From Neoechinorhynchus agilis (taxonomy: Eukaryota; Animalia; Acanthocephala), in the NCBI GenBank assembly GCA_051530055.1, contig CM121342.1, positions 1,460,797 through 1,524,796 on the forward strand: DNA of 64,000 nt, written 5' to 3'. Made by a program: the position numbers and the translations under genes. A model generated the notes under the pieces. That model worked only from the letters and a program-made list of their open reading frames with translations, was not told the DNA's origin and searched no databases. The stretch's first letter is position 1, and every line of letters begins with the position of its first letter. Below, piece after piece: positions 1-12,099 of the stretch.

Positions 1-150
1 TTCCATGCTTTTAGATGCTTCGTCCGTGTGGATTACCCTACTTTTAAAATAGACAGCAAACACCTTATAAGAAATCGTGAAATTAAAGTTTATGAACACG
101 CATAAACGCATACGTTGAACAATGCTTCTTTATATTGTAAAGAAGTTGAT

Positions 151-315
151 CATTGCTGATTAGAAAAATAGATATTGATTTATTGTTCTCAAAATTTCGT
201 CCGTTTCGTCGAACTTCTTTAGGTTGTTACGAATAAACCACTTTAACAACCTGAAGAAGTCCGACGAAACATTGAGAATTTATAAATCTCTATTTTTCTC
301 ATCACCAAAAAATGC
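151..315. repeat. Imperfect ~80-bp inverted repeat (MITE/foldback-like); a related arm occurs at ~18045-18105
   Basis: The reverse complement of 151-229 (taacaacctaaagaagttcgacgaaac...ttgagaac...tctatttttctaatca) matches 244-315 (taacaacctgaagaagtccgacgaaacattgagaa...tctatttttctcatca). 18045-18105 resembles the same arm. Confidence 0.7.
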
Positions 316-351
316 CTTATATTATAAAATATTTTTTTGCTTTGGAACATC

Positions 352-690
352 AACCGGACGAAGTGGGATCGGAGTAATTTTGAGCAACACGCATACAGGC
401 GGAGTGATCGAAGTGAACCGAAAAAGCGATAGAATGATGTGGATGAGGATAGGTCTTGGAGGTAAATGTATGGTAATAGTGTCTTGTTATGCTCCACAAG
501 TCGGCCTTCCACAGCAGGAGAAAGACGAGTTTTGGGAAGACTTGTATGACGTTATGCGAAATGTAACGAAAGAGGACCGATACGCTGTTTGTGGGGATTT
601 CAATGGTCATGTGGGAGCTGAAAACGTAGGATGTCACCAAGTGCATGGTACAAAAGGCCTCGGAAACAGAAATCAGGACTTGTTACTTCA
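352..690 (+). mobile_element. RTE-clade LINE fragment, APE endonuclease domain
   Basis: Motifs GIGVIL, VSCYAPQVG and GDFNGHVG in ORF 224-697; homologous to the endonuclease at 53275-53751. Confidence 0.85.
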
Positions 691-779
691 TCAGTGAGAA
701 GAGTTTCCACAGATGCCAGAGGAACAGCCTCCAACTACGCTCCCGATTCTCGTGTCGAAACTGCCAAAAATCTTGCTCG

Positions 780-1473
780 GGCGACCCAATCGCGAGAAAG
801 GAAGAGTTGGGAAACGCGTCCTTGGGTGCTATCGACGCGGATAGCCCATTCACCGTCGAATGCGACGCGTCTGATGTTGCCGTTTCGGCCACACCGAGCC
901 AAAACGGAAGACCTGTAGCCTTCATGTCCAGGACGCTCAAAAAGTGCGAGATGCGATATCCTGCCGTCGAAAAGGAGGCGATGGCAATCGTCGAAGCTGT
1001 CAGAAAGTGGATACCTCTACTGAATGGGAGACGTTTTCAGCTTTTTACTGGCCAACGATCGGTAGCTTTTATGATGGACAGTCGCCGCCGAACCAAAATT
1101 AAGAACAGGTCGAGTATTATTACGCAATTTCGTGCGAAATAAAACAGAAGCGAATTCAACACATGCAAGAATACGATATGAAGATGGTACGGAAAGTTCA
1201 GTTTCGACCAAGGACCTTGCCAAACTTCCAGCACCCGATAGCACTAACGATAATCTCATCGAGTGCCCAGACGAAGACAGTCGAAGACCGGGTTCCGGTG
1301 ATCCAAACGACTGCGAAACGAAGGTGCCACTAGAAGACAAAAAACTGTACCACTGATTGTTGTACTGAGGTATTATCGAGTCAACCTTCTACGAGTGCCC
1401 CGTAACTCCGCAGATCTACACGAATACGACGAAGACCAGAACGATATCAGTGAAAACTCTAAGAGGGCGAGAA
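780..1473 (+). mobile_element. Ty3/gypsy pol remnant: RNase H joined to the integrase C-terminal tail (internal deletion), then a polypurine tract
   Basis: PFTVECDAS...RPVAFMSRTL...YPAVEKEAMAIVEAVRKW is gypsy RNase H. HARIRYEDGTESSVSTKDLA is a typical integrase tail. Purine run aagagggcgagaa at 1461-1473. Confidence 0.85.
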
Positions 1474-1621
1474 TGACGTAATAATTATACACGACTAATT
1501 CTTCGTCGCCATAATTCAGCCGCTTACTAATCCGCTCGCACGAACGCATTCACGCATACCGTTATTTTCAAGTTGAATAAAACTGTTTGTGGCCACCACA
1601 CTGGTCTCGTCGAGGTCACCA
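1474..1621 (+). mobile_element. Probable 3' LTR (148 bp) of the gypsy remnant
   Basis: Starts TG directly after the polypurine tract, ends CA, and contains AATAAA. No second LTR in the window to confirm it. Confidence 0.6.
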
Positions 1622-1739
1622 ATTTAGCGGCGACACGTAACCAAGAAGTATTTTTATTGTTGTACTCTACAATGGTCCAATATGTGTTGTACCTGCTGCC
1701 GTTCGTCGGTACAAACTCCCTACGGTTGCACTTCGGGCA

Positions 1740-1890
1740 TCTGAAAGAAGTCGTTCCGCAACGGCAGCGATGGGATGTACAAATCGGTACCCCAAGTCTC
1801 AGTGGTCACTGCAATCCTTACTGTCTCGTCGGAGTGTACCCAAAGAAGCGATCGTGATAGCGTTGAGCCAAGCACTCGGTGTGACCAAGT
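1740..1890 (-). mobile_element. CRE-clade non-LTR retrotransposon fragment (post-RT zinc-finger region), frameshifted
   Basis: Minus-strand frames give SAWLNAITIASLGTL, DETVRIAV and GTDLYIPHRCRCG, matching the CRE-type AWL.A.P..SLG...R.A..LRLG..PH.C.CG motif. Confidence 0.65.
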
Positions 1891-2199
1891 GAGTTCTATC
1901 CACCACGTTACGAGAATCTGAAATAAAAGAGTTATGAACTCTCACAACCAGGAGTAAATCCTAATCTAATTAATTGCAGCCATTGACGGGTACCTGTTTG
2001 CGTGCCTAATCCATAGCTCTGAAATAAAGCAGGGACGCAAATTCTCAATTTGAAAGAAACACTCGAAAAATAAGCGACTTTCCAACTTCTTTGACCACGT
2101 GTAATTCCTTCGGCGCCCGAGAAACCATAATGGTCAATCTCCAATCCCTTCTGCATAAGACACTCTCGTTATCCCTAAATCAAGTAAATAATTATCACA

Positions 2200-3595
2200 T
2201 AACCTCCCCATCCAGTCGTAGCTGATCCAAACCAAGTCTGAGCTCTAAATTCGATTAGCTTCCGGACCTCTCTTTGGGATAATCATTCGTTCTGAATCGG
2301 AAACTTGTAAGGATTCCTCGATAAATCCATCACCCGCGACGATCAATGCAACTTCAATCTTTCTCATTTCTGCACCTGGTATGCTGAAATCCAAAATTCC
2401 CCTCACTACCATAATCTACTTCAATACTCGTAACCTCCCCCCTAAACTGGATAAAATTTCACTCATTTCATCTGCCTCAAAAGCCGACGTAGTCGTCTTA
2501 ACAGAAACGTGGCTTACCCCCTTTGACAACAATTCAGCGATCTTTCCCGGGTAATCTTCTTTCCTTCCATACCGCGAGGACCGTCGTGGGGGGTCTCAAT
2601 TTACATACGACAATCGCTACCATACTCCTTATCTCTCATAGATTCTCTACAGAACACAGATCTGAGAAATGTCCTTAGAAAATTCACCATTGCTGGCGTC
2701 GATCGCTCTCCTGCCTCTCGTCCTGCGTCCTCTTTTCTCCAACTTAATTCTATGATAGAGCTCACAAACTAACACCACTTCTTAATTGCAGGCGAATTTC
2801 GCCCTTCTCCGAGTTGCACCAACTTATTGACTTCCCAGCTCGTCTTGATGTCCACCTTGACAAAGTGTTCAACAATATCGATACCTACTCATCCGAATCT
2901 AAACTCCCTCCTTCCCTTGCGAACTCTGACCACTTTTCTGCCCTTATTAACCCCACCACCCGACTTCAGCGTATAATATCTCCCCGTTTACCCGTCTATG
3001 ATAAACGTGATCATCACATCCACATTTTTGTAAAATTGTTCAATTCTATGATTCACATTGTGATAAATCGATTAAGCGTGTGTTAATCGACCAGTCGACC
3101 AATCGATTAAAAACGTGTTAATCGACCTATCACATCTTCTCCCCCTTGGAACACAAATGACTCTTCCTTGGCCATGTCTTCTCTAAGTACAATCACAAAA
3201 TATTCTCTAACTTCCACAATTTCCATGACTCTTCCTTGGCCATATCTTCTCTAAGTACAATCACAAAATATTCTCTAGCTTCCACAATTTCCAAGAAATT
3301 CATTCGAATCTTCAACCGTGAACCACCTTGGATAAACCCCATCCTGAAACTTCTTCAAAAGCAAGCTTCTAAGAGCTATCGAAATAACTCTCGAGACTCT
3401 CCTTGTTTACAAATAGCTTTAACTAACAAAATACTTATCGCCCGCAAAAAACTTTCCTTCCTTCGAAATTCGTTCGGGTGGGACTCTCTTGGTCTACGCA
3501 ACGCTGATCCCTTTTCTAATTTAACCACTTCTGTATATCTATCAATCAGAACCTCTGCCCTGACTCAATTTATAATCTCTGCTCCACATCAGGCC
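2200..3595 (+). mobile_element. Decayed L2/CR1-like LINE (endonuclease and tether); includes a 68-bp tandem duplication at ~3158-3290
   Basis: IIYFNTRNLPPKLDKI...DVVVLTETWL, a GEF/GDF-like motif, SDH, and NREPPWINP; many stops and frameshifts. Confidence 0.8.
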
Positions 3596-5670
3596 AGGAG
3601 GTGTCAGGGTTGTTCATTAAGTTGTTGAAAAAGGATTTTAAATTTTTCCTACTTCTGCTTGAGCGAACTTTAAAAATGCATAAACATTTCGACTTATTCA
3701 ACGATAAGTTCATTTTAGATAAAAAGGAGTTAAGAAAATCAATACATTGCTCAATCAGGAGTTTCATTCTAGCTGCTCTGCAGGTGGAGATGACAAAAGT
3801 AAAATCATCCGCGTAGCAGGTGAGCGAAGCCCGAACTTTAAAATTCTGAATCAAGTATTGTGATGCCATAAGGAAAGGAACCGGTGACAGAGGCGACCCC
3901 TGCGGAACATTATTGAACGGGTAGTAAAGTGTCTTTGAGGCGTCGTCTTCGTAGTAAAAGGATTTTGTAAATAAAATATTGTGAATACGTGTTATTAAAT
4001 TGTGAGGTAGATTGAAAAATTCAAGCATTTCAATAATAAAAGAAAGAGAAATCAAAAGCTTGAGAAATGCCCACGGCAAGAATGGCTCGCATGGGCTGGT
4101 TAGAGCAGGAACAATTGGAGTAAACCTCTGCAAGGGCAGAATGAACTGATTTCCCTTTTAGAAAGCCATGACAGTTCGGAGAGATGCAATTATGTTCATT
4201 AATGAAAGATCTCAACCTATTTACAAGGGCGCGTTCATATGTGCTAACTAGAGGATTTTGAAGCGAAATTGAACGAACATCCTTTGGTTCAACAATAGCC
4301 TTCCTGCCATTTTTGATCAAGAAAATGCGTCTAGAAACATTGATATCCCTCCACTCGTATGGCGAACAGCATAGCATAGCCTTTGTAAGGAGGATTATGC
4401 AGTCCCTAGGAAGCAAGGTGAAAATTTTCGTCCCGGGGTAGCCGTTAGCCGAACCCAATTTCGGATTTGTGGACCAAACTTCGAGAATGTCATTTAATGA
4501 GATATCAGTACGATTACGGATTAGTTTACGAAAACAAACTGACGGCACGTTGGTCGAGGAGCCTGCGGAATGGAAGTCAAAAGTTTGAGTAAGAATATCC
4601 TCCAAAGTCGAGGATTTTAAACAAGCCGTAATTTTTGATCTCCAAGGTACTTTACCCTTATTAGAAAAGGTACGCCACCAGTTTGAAGAGTAAGGTATGA
4701 GTGTAGCAAGAAAATCAGCATCCCATCGTTGTTGCTGTCGGCAACGGGCAGCCCATAGAAGGCTTGATAGGGTTTTGCATAGAAGGGTATCCCCAGAGCG
4801 TTGGGCTACATAGAGTTGGTGCCCAAGAAAACGAAGTGATCGGGTCACATAAGGGCGAGAGAAGGTTTTAACGGTGTGACATAAAAAAGAATTAGCGGCT
4901 TTATTAACTAAGGAGTTTGCTAAAGGTAAAATATCTGACAACTTGCAATCAGAACCTAAGTGTAAGAAAATTTTCTCGCAAACTAGCCGAAAAAGCGGTA
5001 AATTTAAAAGGGATAAGTGATACACTTTGCGCAGGCTGTCAAAGCGACCAATGGACCAAATCAAGATGTCGTGTCCTAAGAGGACAAAATTGGAGACTTG
5101 GCGATCATATTCGATTGAAAGGCTTAAAATTTTCTTCAATATTACTAGATCCAAAAAGGAGTGTTTGTTGGTAGAAATATTGTGAAAGGAAGGATTGTTA
5201 GGCATGATAAGAGAATGGGAGAGATTGACAGCGTTAACAATGGCCCGAGACCATTTCAAGGATGGATCATTAAAATCTCCCACAATGAGATCGATGTTAG
5301 CCCCTAAGAGCCATTTGATTTTGTCTTTTACATGCGAACGATGAATGAGACCTGGTCTTATGTAAATATTCGCAAGGGAGAGATAGTTCTTTTTGAAAAG
5401 TATTTTAAAAATACTGTAGGACAACTCAGAGGAATAGGACATGATCAGTAAGGGAACAAGGGAAGATTGAAAAATGGATAAAAGGCCTTGTGTGGCAAGT
5501 CCATAAGGAGGATGAACGAAAGATGTAAAAACCGAAGACTTTAAAAGGGGTAGATGAACATATAGTTGCTCTAAATTAAAAACGCTTTTCGACTCTTGAA
5601 TGAGAGCTATGGATATTCCTGGTAAATATCGAGTGAGCTTAAAAGGTTGGTCGCACCCCCACAATTCCAC
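3596..5670 (-). mobile_element. LINE ORF2 (APE endonuclease + RT), I/Jockey/R1-like, frameshifted near 4055 and 3'-truncated
   Basis: IALIQES, IYIRP, VGDFND..W, LDLVI (endonuclease). RSISL, HGF...KS, ISQAFD, VPQGSPLSP, YADD (RT). Spread over ORFs 4030-5670 and 3570-4133. Confidence 0.9.
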
Positions 5671-5679
5671 TGCAACACC

Positions 5680-6225
5680 TTAACATTGCCTACCTTCTCC
5701 TGAGCCATCGAGTCGAAGTTTCTTCGCATTGGCATTTGAAATCAAATTGGCTGTTCCGTTGTCAATCAGCCTGGATTGGGTTTCAATTATTCTTGCAACG
5801 AATTCAGAAGTTGATTGATCTTCATCCATCGCAACATCATCCTCGTGCTGTGAGCGAGAGCCACCATTCGGCTTTTTGGCTGCTCGTGCAACCTCGCCTG
5901 ACACATTCGCTCTTTTGAGTTTTGCAGAGCTTGGTTCTGGTAAACACGAGGAAAAAATAGTCGGAATGTTCATTAACTTATCAATTAAGGCGCTCATCTT
6001 TCTTTCAAAAGCCAGCATTGCCTCCGTAAAACGAGCTTGCATAATCATTAGAATCTTGTTACAAGCTTCATCTAATTTGCTCTCTAGCACCTCCTGACTA
6101 TATATTTCTACCTCTTGATCAACTTTTGGTTCACTGTCATGGCCGTCAATAATTTTGAGATCGGTTGGATCCATTGCATCCACATTAATTTTTTCATACG
6201 AGAATCTACGCCACTTTACGAGCAA
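5680..6225 (-). CDS. Putative ORF1 of the LINE; short and helical, with no CCHC knuckle
   Basis: Ends about 10 nt upstream of ORF2 on the same strand. The track start is TTG; the first ATG (MDPTD) gives about 164 aa. Confidence 0.55.
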   Translation of the reverse strand: MLVKWRRFSYEKINVDAMDPTDLKIIDGHDSEPKVDQEVEIYSQEVLESKLDEACNKILMIMQARFTEAMLAFERKMSALIDKLMNIPTIFSSCLPEPSSAKLKRANVSGEVARAAKKPNGGSRSQHEDDVAMDEDQSTSEFVARIIETQSRLIDNGTANLISNANAKKLRLDGSGEGRQC

Positions 6226-6514
6226 AGCTAAATGTATTGTCTTGATATTTTTATTATGATTTTCTTGTCGACATTATCAACATCACCGTTTAATAAACAA
6301 ACGAATTTCCTTCATCAGGTCTCTAGGTTTACAGTCTCATTAAATACTCATAACTTTGTGACTTTTCATTTTGTCTTCGAAAAAGTAAGCTTATTACAAT
6401 TAATTGATTTCTCCGGATATGTAATAACCGATTTTAGAACCGTGAATTATTTTTTTAAAAGTTTTTAAACACACACTATAAATTCTATGAATGAACATAG
6501 TTTCATTTTCTTCA

Positions 6515-6705
6515 AATGTTATGTTTGTTCGGCAGCTTCCTTGATGGCCGCGGCATTGCCGCGTTGGATCGCCGCGCTGATTCGCTACAACAGGAAGCTG
6601 CTGGATCGCATATCGCCGGTGGCATGTTTTAGCATCCCTCCCAGTCGTGAGAGGAAATAATCGGCTTCTTTGCCGAGACATACCAGTGTTTCCACCGCAA
6701 TCGGG
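6515..6705 (-). mobile_element. CRE-clade 3' fragment (C-terminus of the restriction-like endonuclease domain)
   Basis: PIAVETLVCLGKEADYFLSRLGGMLKHATGDMRSSSFLL*RISAAIQRGNAAAI, with one in-frame stop. Confidence 0.8.
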
Positions 6706-6872
6706 ATGAAAATAATAATCTTATGTTTTAATTCTACTTATCTTTGTGCACTCAGCTAAAACTTTTAAAATTTAAAAAGCCCGAAAATTAAAATAAGAAC
6801 CGAAAATGTTGCTTAATCACTATGGTAACTCTAAATGTTTTGAAAGCTTTGAAGCTGTTTTTGGAAGTAACA

Positions 6873-8132
6873 ATGCCGCCAAAAAGAAGAAATAGAAGAA
6901 AAAATGCCAGGATCAACACTAAGACAAAAATAATGAAATCTCCTTCGCGAAAACTGGTACGATGTCGCTTTTATAGATAAAGGGTTCGGAAAGTAAAATG
7001 CTTTCTTATAGGTTGAAAATCAGATCGTTAAACTAAAGACAGAATTGGCTGCTGTAAATGAAGAAGGAAAATATTACAAACTGCGTGTTCGGGACGCCGA
7101 GCGAGTTATTGGCGAACAAAACGAACGCTATTCGAAGCCATCTCGTATTAATATGCAACCAACATTAGAAGTTATTTCGTTTAAAAAGTTTAAATACCAG
7201 TAAATTCGGAAATTGTTTAGGCCATTACGAAGCATTTTAAAAGATTGCAAGTGTCCCGAAAGGACGAATTAGAAGAGACTGAAAATAAGAGACGGGAACT
7301 GTTGAGTAATGTGATTCGCTGTGACCAGCGAGTTTGGAACGATCTTCTAAAACAACGACTGATAACAATAACCAGTGAGATCGAGAAGCGGCAGATGATG
7401 ATGAGAGATCTTCGAGAAGCCGATAGGGTACGATATGGAGCGCTGTTGCTGTTATTAAATTATTTTATGAGAATTCATCTGACGAACAGATTTATCGGTT
7501 TTTTGGTTTTCTACTTTTATTTAAGATCTTTCTAATTTCTGGAAAATTCCTGTGCGATTCTTTTAAAAACCAACGTTTTAATGCAATGTTCCTCACGTGA
7601 ATTGTTTTTAAGAACTTTTATATCTTTTAGGAAAATGAAGCTGTAATCGCTGAGATATACTCACGAATCCCGCAAGTCTTTGAAGAAGCTCGTTGTCAAG
7701 CCGAGAATATCTATAAAAGTCATAAGAAACGGATAGAAGCAATCGGGGATTTATTAGTTGCTCACGTTCAAAATATGTTCAGCGATTTAAACGAAGATAA
7801 AAAACAAGCAGCAATGTCAACAATTGAGAGATCCGCCGAAATCCGGAATAAAATATCAAGCTTAAAAACAAAACAACAAGCTAATATGGAAGTTTGTGGA
7901 TTGCTTTTTCGTTCTATTGGATTACAATTCGATTCGTGATGTTTAGGTTCATATTGAACAAATGAAAGAAACATTACGAACTAAACGAATTGAAGCACGC
8001 AGTCTGGAGGTATCAAATGAACGCACGAAGGAGTTGATACGTTCATTACCAAGCGATTTTGAGAACGAGCAGTCAATCTTGACACTATCCCACGACAATG
8101 CGGTGCTTCGAGATCTTGTCAGTATCGATTAA
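6873..8132 (+). CDS. Five-exon coiled-coil protein, 298 aa, function unknown
   Basis: Exons 6873-6956, 7012-7170, 7221-7427, 7631-7891 and 7947-8132 join through phase-0 GT-AG introns (55, 50, 203, 55 nt) into one open frame starting MPPKRRNRRK. Confidence 0.7.
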
Positions 8133-8399
8133 AGTAGTAATTACATTTAAAAAATTGGAGAACACTAAGATTAATTTTGAAAATTACACATCACGTAAAA
8201 TTAAGATAGAAACATTGCGTCATTTCTTTTCGCAATCTTTCTATTTTTTTCTAATTAATGCTAGAAGCTGTGTTTTTATTTTGATGAGTATTTTACAATT
8301 ATTACATTTGGTTTCATTTTCCACCATTGAATTCAATTAAATTTAGATCTAAATATTTCTGCCCGTGATCATTTTAAAAGTAAAACTCAATTAATTCCA

Positions 8400-8876
8400 C
8401 AATCGTATTTTTACATTATTAAACCGTGGCGATATCCGGATTTTATTCCATCGATTATAGGTCGTATGACCATCAGAGCTTGTAAAATTTAGATAAAAGA
8501 TTTTGTGGTTCAGAAGTCTTCGATGTCCGAAAGAGGAACGGATGAGTATTCGTATCCCCAAATTTCAGAGATAAATGAGAATTTAATAACGAATCTCAAC
8601 AAAAAGGATTTTATCGACATCTCAAAAGACATAAAAAGGCTTTCAAATCCTAAGGACGTTCGTAGGGGTCTAAGCGAGCATGAAAAGCGTCGGATAGAAA
8701 AAGTGAGTGTTTACAATACCGGAATTTACATGCGACATCACCGTTTGAAGGTTTTGTCTGAAACGCCCATGAAAAACGAAGATAGGAATCCGGCAGACGA
8801 CCTGGATGAAAACGCATACCGTACAATCCTTATAGAACTCGGAAATTCTCATAAGGTTGAGGAATTAAACTTTTAA
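8400..8876 (+). CDS. Probable terminal exon(s) of an unidentified gene
   Basis: Open frame of over 120 codons preceded by a tttag acceptor; no recognisable domain. Confidence 0.3.
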
Positions 8877-9516
8877 GCTTTCTTATTAAGAACATCTCAA
8901 ACAGAAGCATCTTCGTATGTTAAAAATGGTTGAATGCGCATCTATCGAAAACGCCGAATTCAAAAACATTGATTTCAATGTTCATCGAAATATCGTCATT
9001 GCTTGCAAGAACGCACTATTGAAAAATGTTAAAATGTCTGAAAGTTGATGTGAGCCTATAAAAATATTTTATTATAACCAAATCAACTAAAACTAAAAAT
9101 TATAAAAACAAATTGATTTAAAATCTTAAATGGAAATCAGATATCGTTACTTTTGCAAAGTGCATATAAAAATTAAGTTAAGAACTGTATCAAACACTAA
9201 AAAATTTGTTGTTCTTTTAAGGGAATTGTTATTTTTGAAAATTAATTGCAACTTAATGATAAAAATGTGTCGCTACATTAAACAATAAAGATGGATAAAT
9301 TTTTTGTCATTTTTAGCGCTCTCCTTACTTCTGTGAAAATATTCATGCATCGAAATTTAAAACCGTACTTAATTTTTAGTTTGTTTAGTTATAGACTGAA
9401 CGAAAACTATCTGATTATTTAAATTAAAGTCGCTTTCGTGTTCTTAACGAGTTGTAAAAAACTGAACCAAGTGCGTATTTTATAACCGTCGAATTCCTTT
9501 TTAACAAATGGTTCAT

Positions 9517-10143
9517 TCAGCAAAATTGATTTTGAAATACTGTTGTTGGAACCATATAAACATCAATTGTCCTAATCGGGAATTCGCTTCCGTCAAACCT
9601 AACGTTCAAACATTGATCGGTTTGTGGTAATTCAGAATAATAATATTCATTATAAGAAGAATTCGTTTGTTGCATACTTGGCGAATACTGATAGTCAGGA
9701 TTTGATGGCACGTATCTTTGATCGAGTTGCGGGAACTCTCCGTAGCTGGAATATGATGGGGAACTTTCAACATCTTTTGCTCGTGCAGTACTTCGTTGAC
9801 ATTTTTGTTTTCTTTGATCGAGCGTATCTATGTCTTTGCCTTTAAATTTACTATAACTTTCAATATTTGATTGCTTACGGCCGGACAATCTATCAGAAAA
9901 TCGGTCGAGTGAGGTGTATCTATAATTCTCCGACTCCTGAATTTGATATCTTCGTTTTTGAGCTTTTATCGCTGTTTTTATTGGCTTTGTGTTGTTTCTT
10001 GAAATCAAAAGTAATGGAATTGCTAACTCAAACTTTTCCCGAATTTCATGAACGAATTCATTACCGTGCAGCTTCATTTTAACATCCGATTGTTTGAATT
10101 TTATTTCAACCGTTCTTCGTATTTCTGGCTCCAAATTCAACAT
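9517..10143 (-). CDS. 208-aa orphan ORF, S/Y/Q-rich C-terminal half
   Basis: ATG-started ORF, long for AT-rich DNA. In-frame stops just upstream could mean it is a decayed longer gene. Confidence 0.35.
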   Translation of the reverse strand: MLNLEPEIRRTVEIKFKQSDVKMKLHGNEFVHEIREKFELAIPLLLISRNNTKPIKTAIKAQKRRYQIQESENYRYTSLDRFSDRLSGRKQSNIESYSKFKGKDIDTLDQRKQKCQRSTARAKDVESSPSYSSYGEFPQLDQRYVPSNPDYQYSPSMQQTNSSYNEYYYSELPQTDQCLNVRFDGSEFPIRTIDVYMVPTTVFQNQFC

Positions 10144-10467
10144 ACTCTATTGTCTCATTTATATTTGGGATCCTTCTTCGTTAATGTTCTCAACAACAGC
10201 TTCCAATTTTATACAAAAATCTAAATTTGTTTCCATTTGTACACATGTGAGCGAGTAATCGTGAAGAGGACCCGATTTACATTGTGACATTTGAATTAGA
10301 GATTCTACATAAAGAGCGAAATCCTCGTAAACATTTCAAGAATTTACGGTATTACCTTTTTAGATCTATTAAATAAGGTGCAATGTCGTAACAATGCCAT
10401 ATTATGAAGTTTTTTCTTTAATTTACTCTCTATGGAAGCAGCATATCTGCAAATCCTTTCTAGGTTA

Positions 10468-10980
10468 CCATTGAATTCTATGTTAATTTTTAAGAATAAT
10501 GAGAATTTCGTGTTCCAGGAGAGGAATATAGCAGAGTTCGATTCGATTATTTCGATGCAATGAAGCGATCAGGCGCCCGGTATAGAATGATGTTTCCAGT
10601 AGCAACAGTAAAGTCAAACGATCATTCCCACTCCTTTTAATGTGCTCCATTGATTTTATCAATACCGACGGACCACCTGGTGTTATCGAACGACAGACGT
10701 TCATATTTCTTTAATCTACGGTTGCCGTTATCATTGAATTCTATGCTAAATTTTTAGGAATAATGAGAATTGCATGCCCAGGAGAGGCACCGAGCAGAGT
10801 TTGATTCGATTATATTGATACAATCGAGCGATTAGGCGCCCGGTATAGAATGATATTTGCAGAAGCAACAATAAAGTCAACCGATCATTCCCGCTCCTTT
10901 AAATGTGCTCCATTGATTTTATCAATACCGACGGACGACCTGGTGTTATCGAGCGACAGACGTTCATATTTCTTTAAAGT
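10468..10980. repeat. Diverged tandem duplication, unit ~263 bp; a third unit start at ~11380
   Basis: cattgaattctatg(t/c)taa...ggcgcccggtatagaatgat...cgacagacgttcatatttcttta occurs twice. Confidence 0.85.
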
Positions 10981-11719
10981 TGTCTACGTATTGCCTTATT
11001 ATCGATCGTTTCACAAAATCCTTCAAGCTTCCCAATAATTGGAATCGGCTAGATCACATTTATCGATTGATTTATTTACCTTGTAAGAAAACGTGGACAT
11101 CGATTATGAATACGCTGGAAATGGGAAAATGTCGAAGATAAGGATCTTTCGAATGGTTTGGAAAGAAAAGAAACCTCACTCTACAATGGCCATCGTCGTC
11201 ATTTTGATTTGAGTGTTTTCTACCAACTTCCAGCATCCTCGCTAGTTTCCCGAAATTTGATATTTAGTAATGCTCTCAAATATTCGCGTTGGGCGAATTG
11301 CAGTTTAAAGGAGCTGCGTTTAGTCCAAACAAACGCAATTCGCACCATGGATTAAACTTCAGATCGAACTTCTTTAGTATACCATTGAATTCTATGTTAA
11401 TTTTGAAGAATTGTCAGATACTAAAATGAAGTAATCAATATCCTTAGAAAATGTTAAAATTGTGGGTTTGTTTAAGAATGATGTGCTTCTTTTAAGCTTA
11501 CCTGTAAAATCGTTTTTAATTGAAGATATTGTGCCATTTTTTGTAATGTGTATTTTACCTAAACTTAATATGTAACTGACTTTATATAAAGCAATCTTAA
11601 AGATTTACCATTTAAGTCTTTATTTCACATAACCATCTTTGAGTATTTCGTATGATTCATTTGCATTAGATTTCTTCGGTTTATGAGCATTTCGGTTTAG
11701 AAAAATGCAGGCTTTCAAG

Positions 11720-11905
11720 CAAAACAACTACGAATATTTGAGGTTGCCTGAAGGTGGAACTCCTCAAAGAGTGCAAGAATGTGGCGATGCATGTAAATGT
11801 CCAAGGCACTGTCCAAAACACATTGGCCAGCTAAAGAATTCGAGTTGATTTAAAGGTATTTGCTAATAGAACTAGAAGATTAGGCGTCCGTGTGAACCGC
11901 GATTG
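11720..11905 (+). pseudogene. Pre-SET / SET N-terminal fragment, frameshifted
   Basis: VQECGDACKCPRHCPKHIGQ, then after a frameshift DLKVFANRTRRLGVR. This resembles ECN..C.C...C.NRV.Q...LEVF.T..GWGVR of SUV39/SETMAR-type proteins. Confidence 0.5.
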
Positions 11906-12099
11906 TCAACAGAACAGCGAGCGGAGAGAAATGGAAACGTTGCCTCGGTCACCAATGTGTCCCATCTTTTCCATCGATTTGAGAAAAATGCTAATTTGTT
12001 TGTTCAGAAGGCCCAGCCATCGGGGGGACCTTATGCCGGTCCCAAGCCGGATAAATGGAAAGGTTTGGCGACAGGAAGGGCACCCATCCGTAAAAATTG

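Noticed and set aside
251-270. Hammerhead-like core CTGAAGA-agtccgac-GAAAC, tempting because Penelope elements carry hammerheads
   Set aside because: Stem II is at most 2-3 bp and there is no correctly placed NUH or stem III. Related arms read CTAAAGA and CGGAAAA. It lies in an inverted-repeat arm that would fold as a plain hairpin, and about one chance hit is expected in a window this size.
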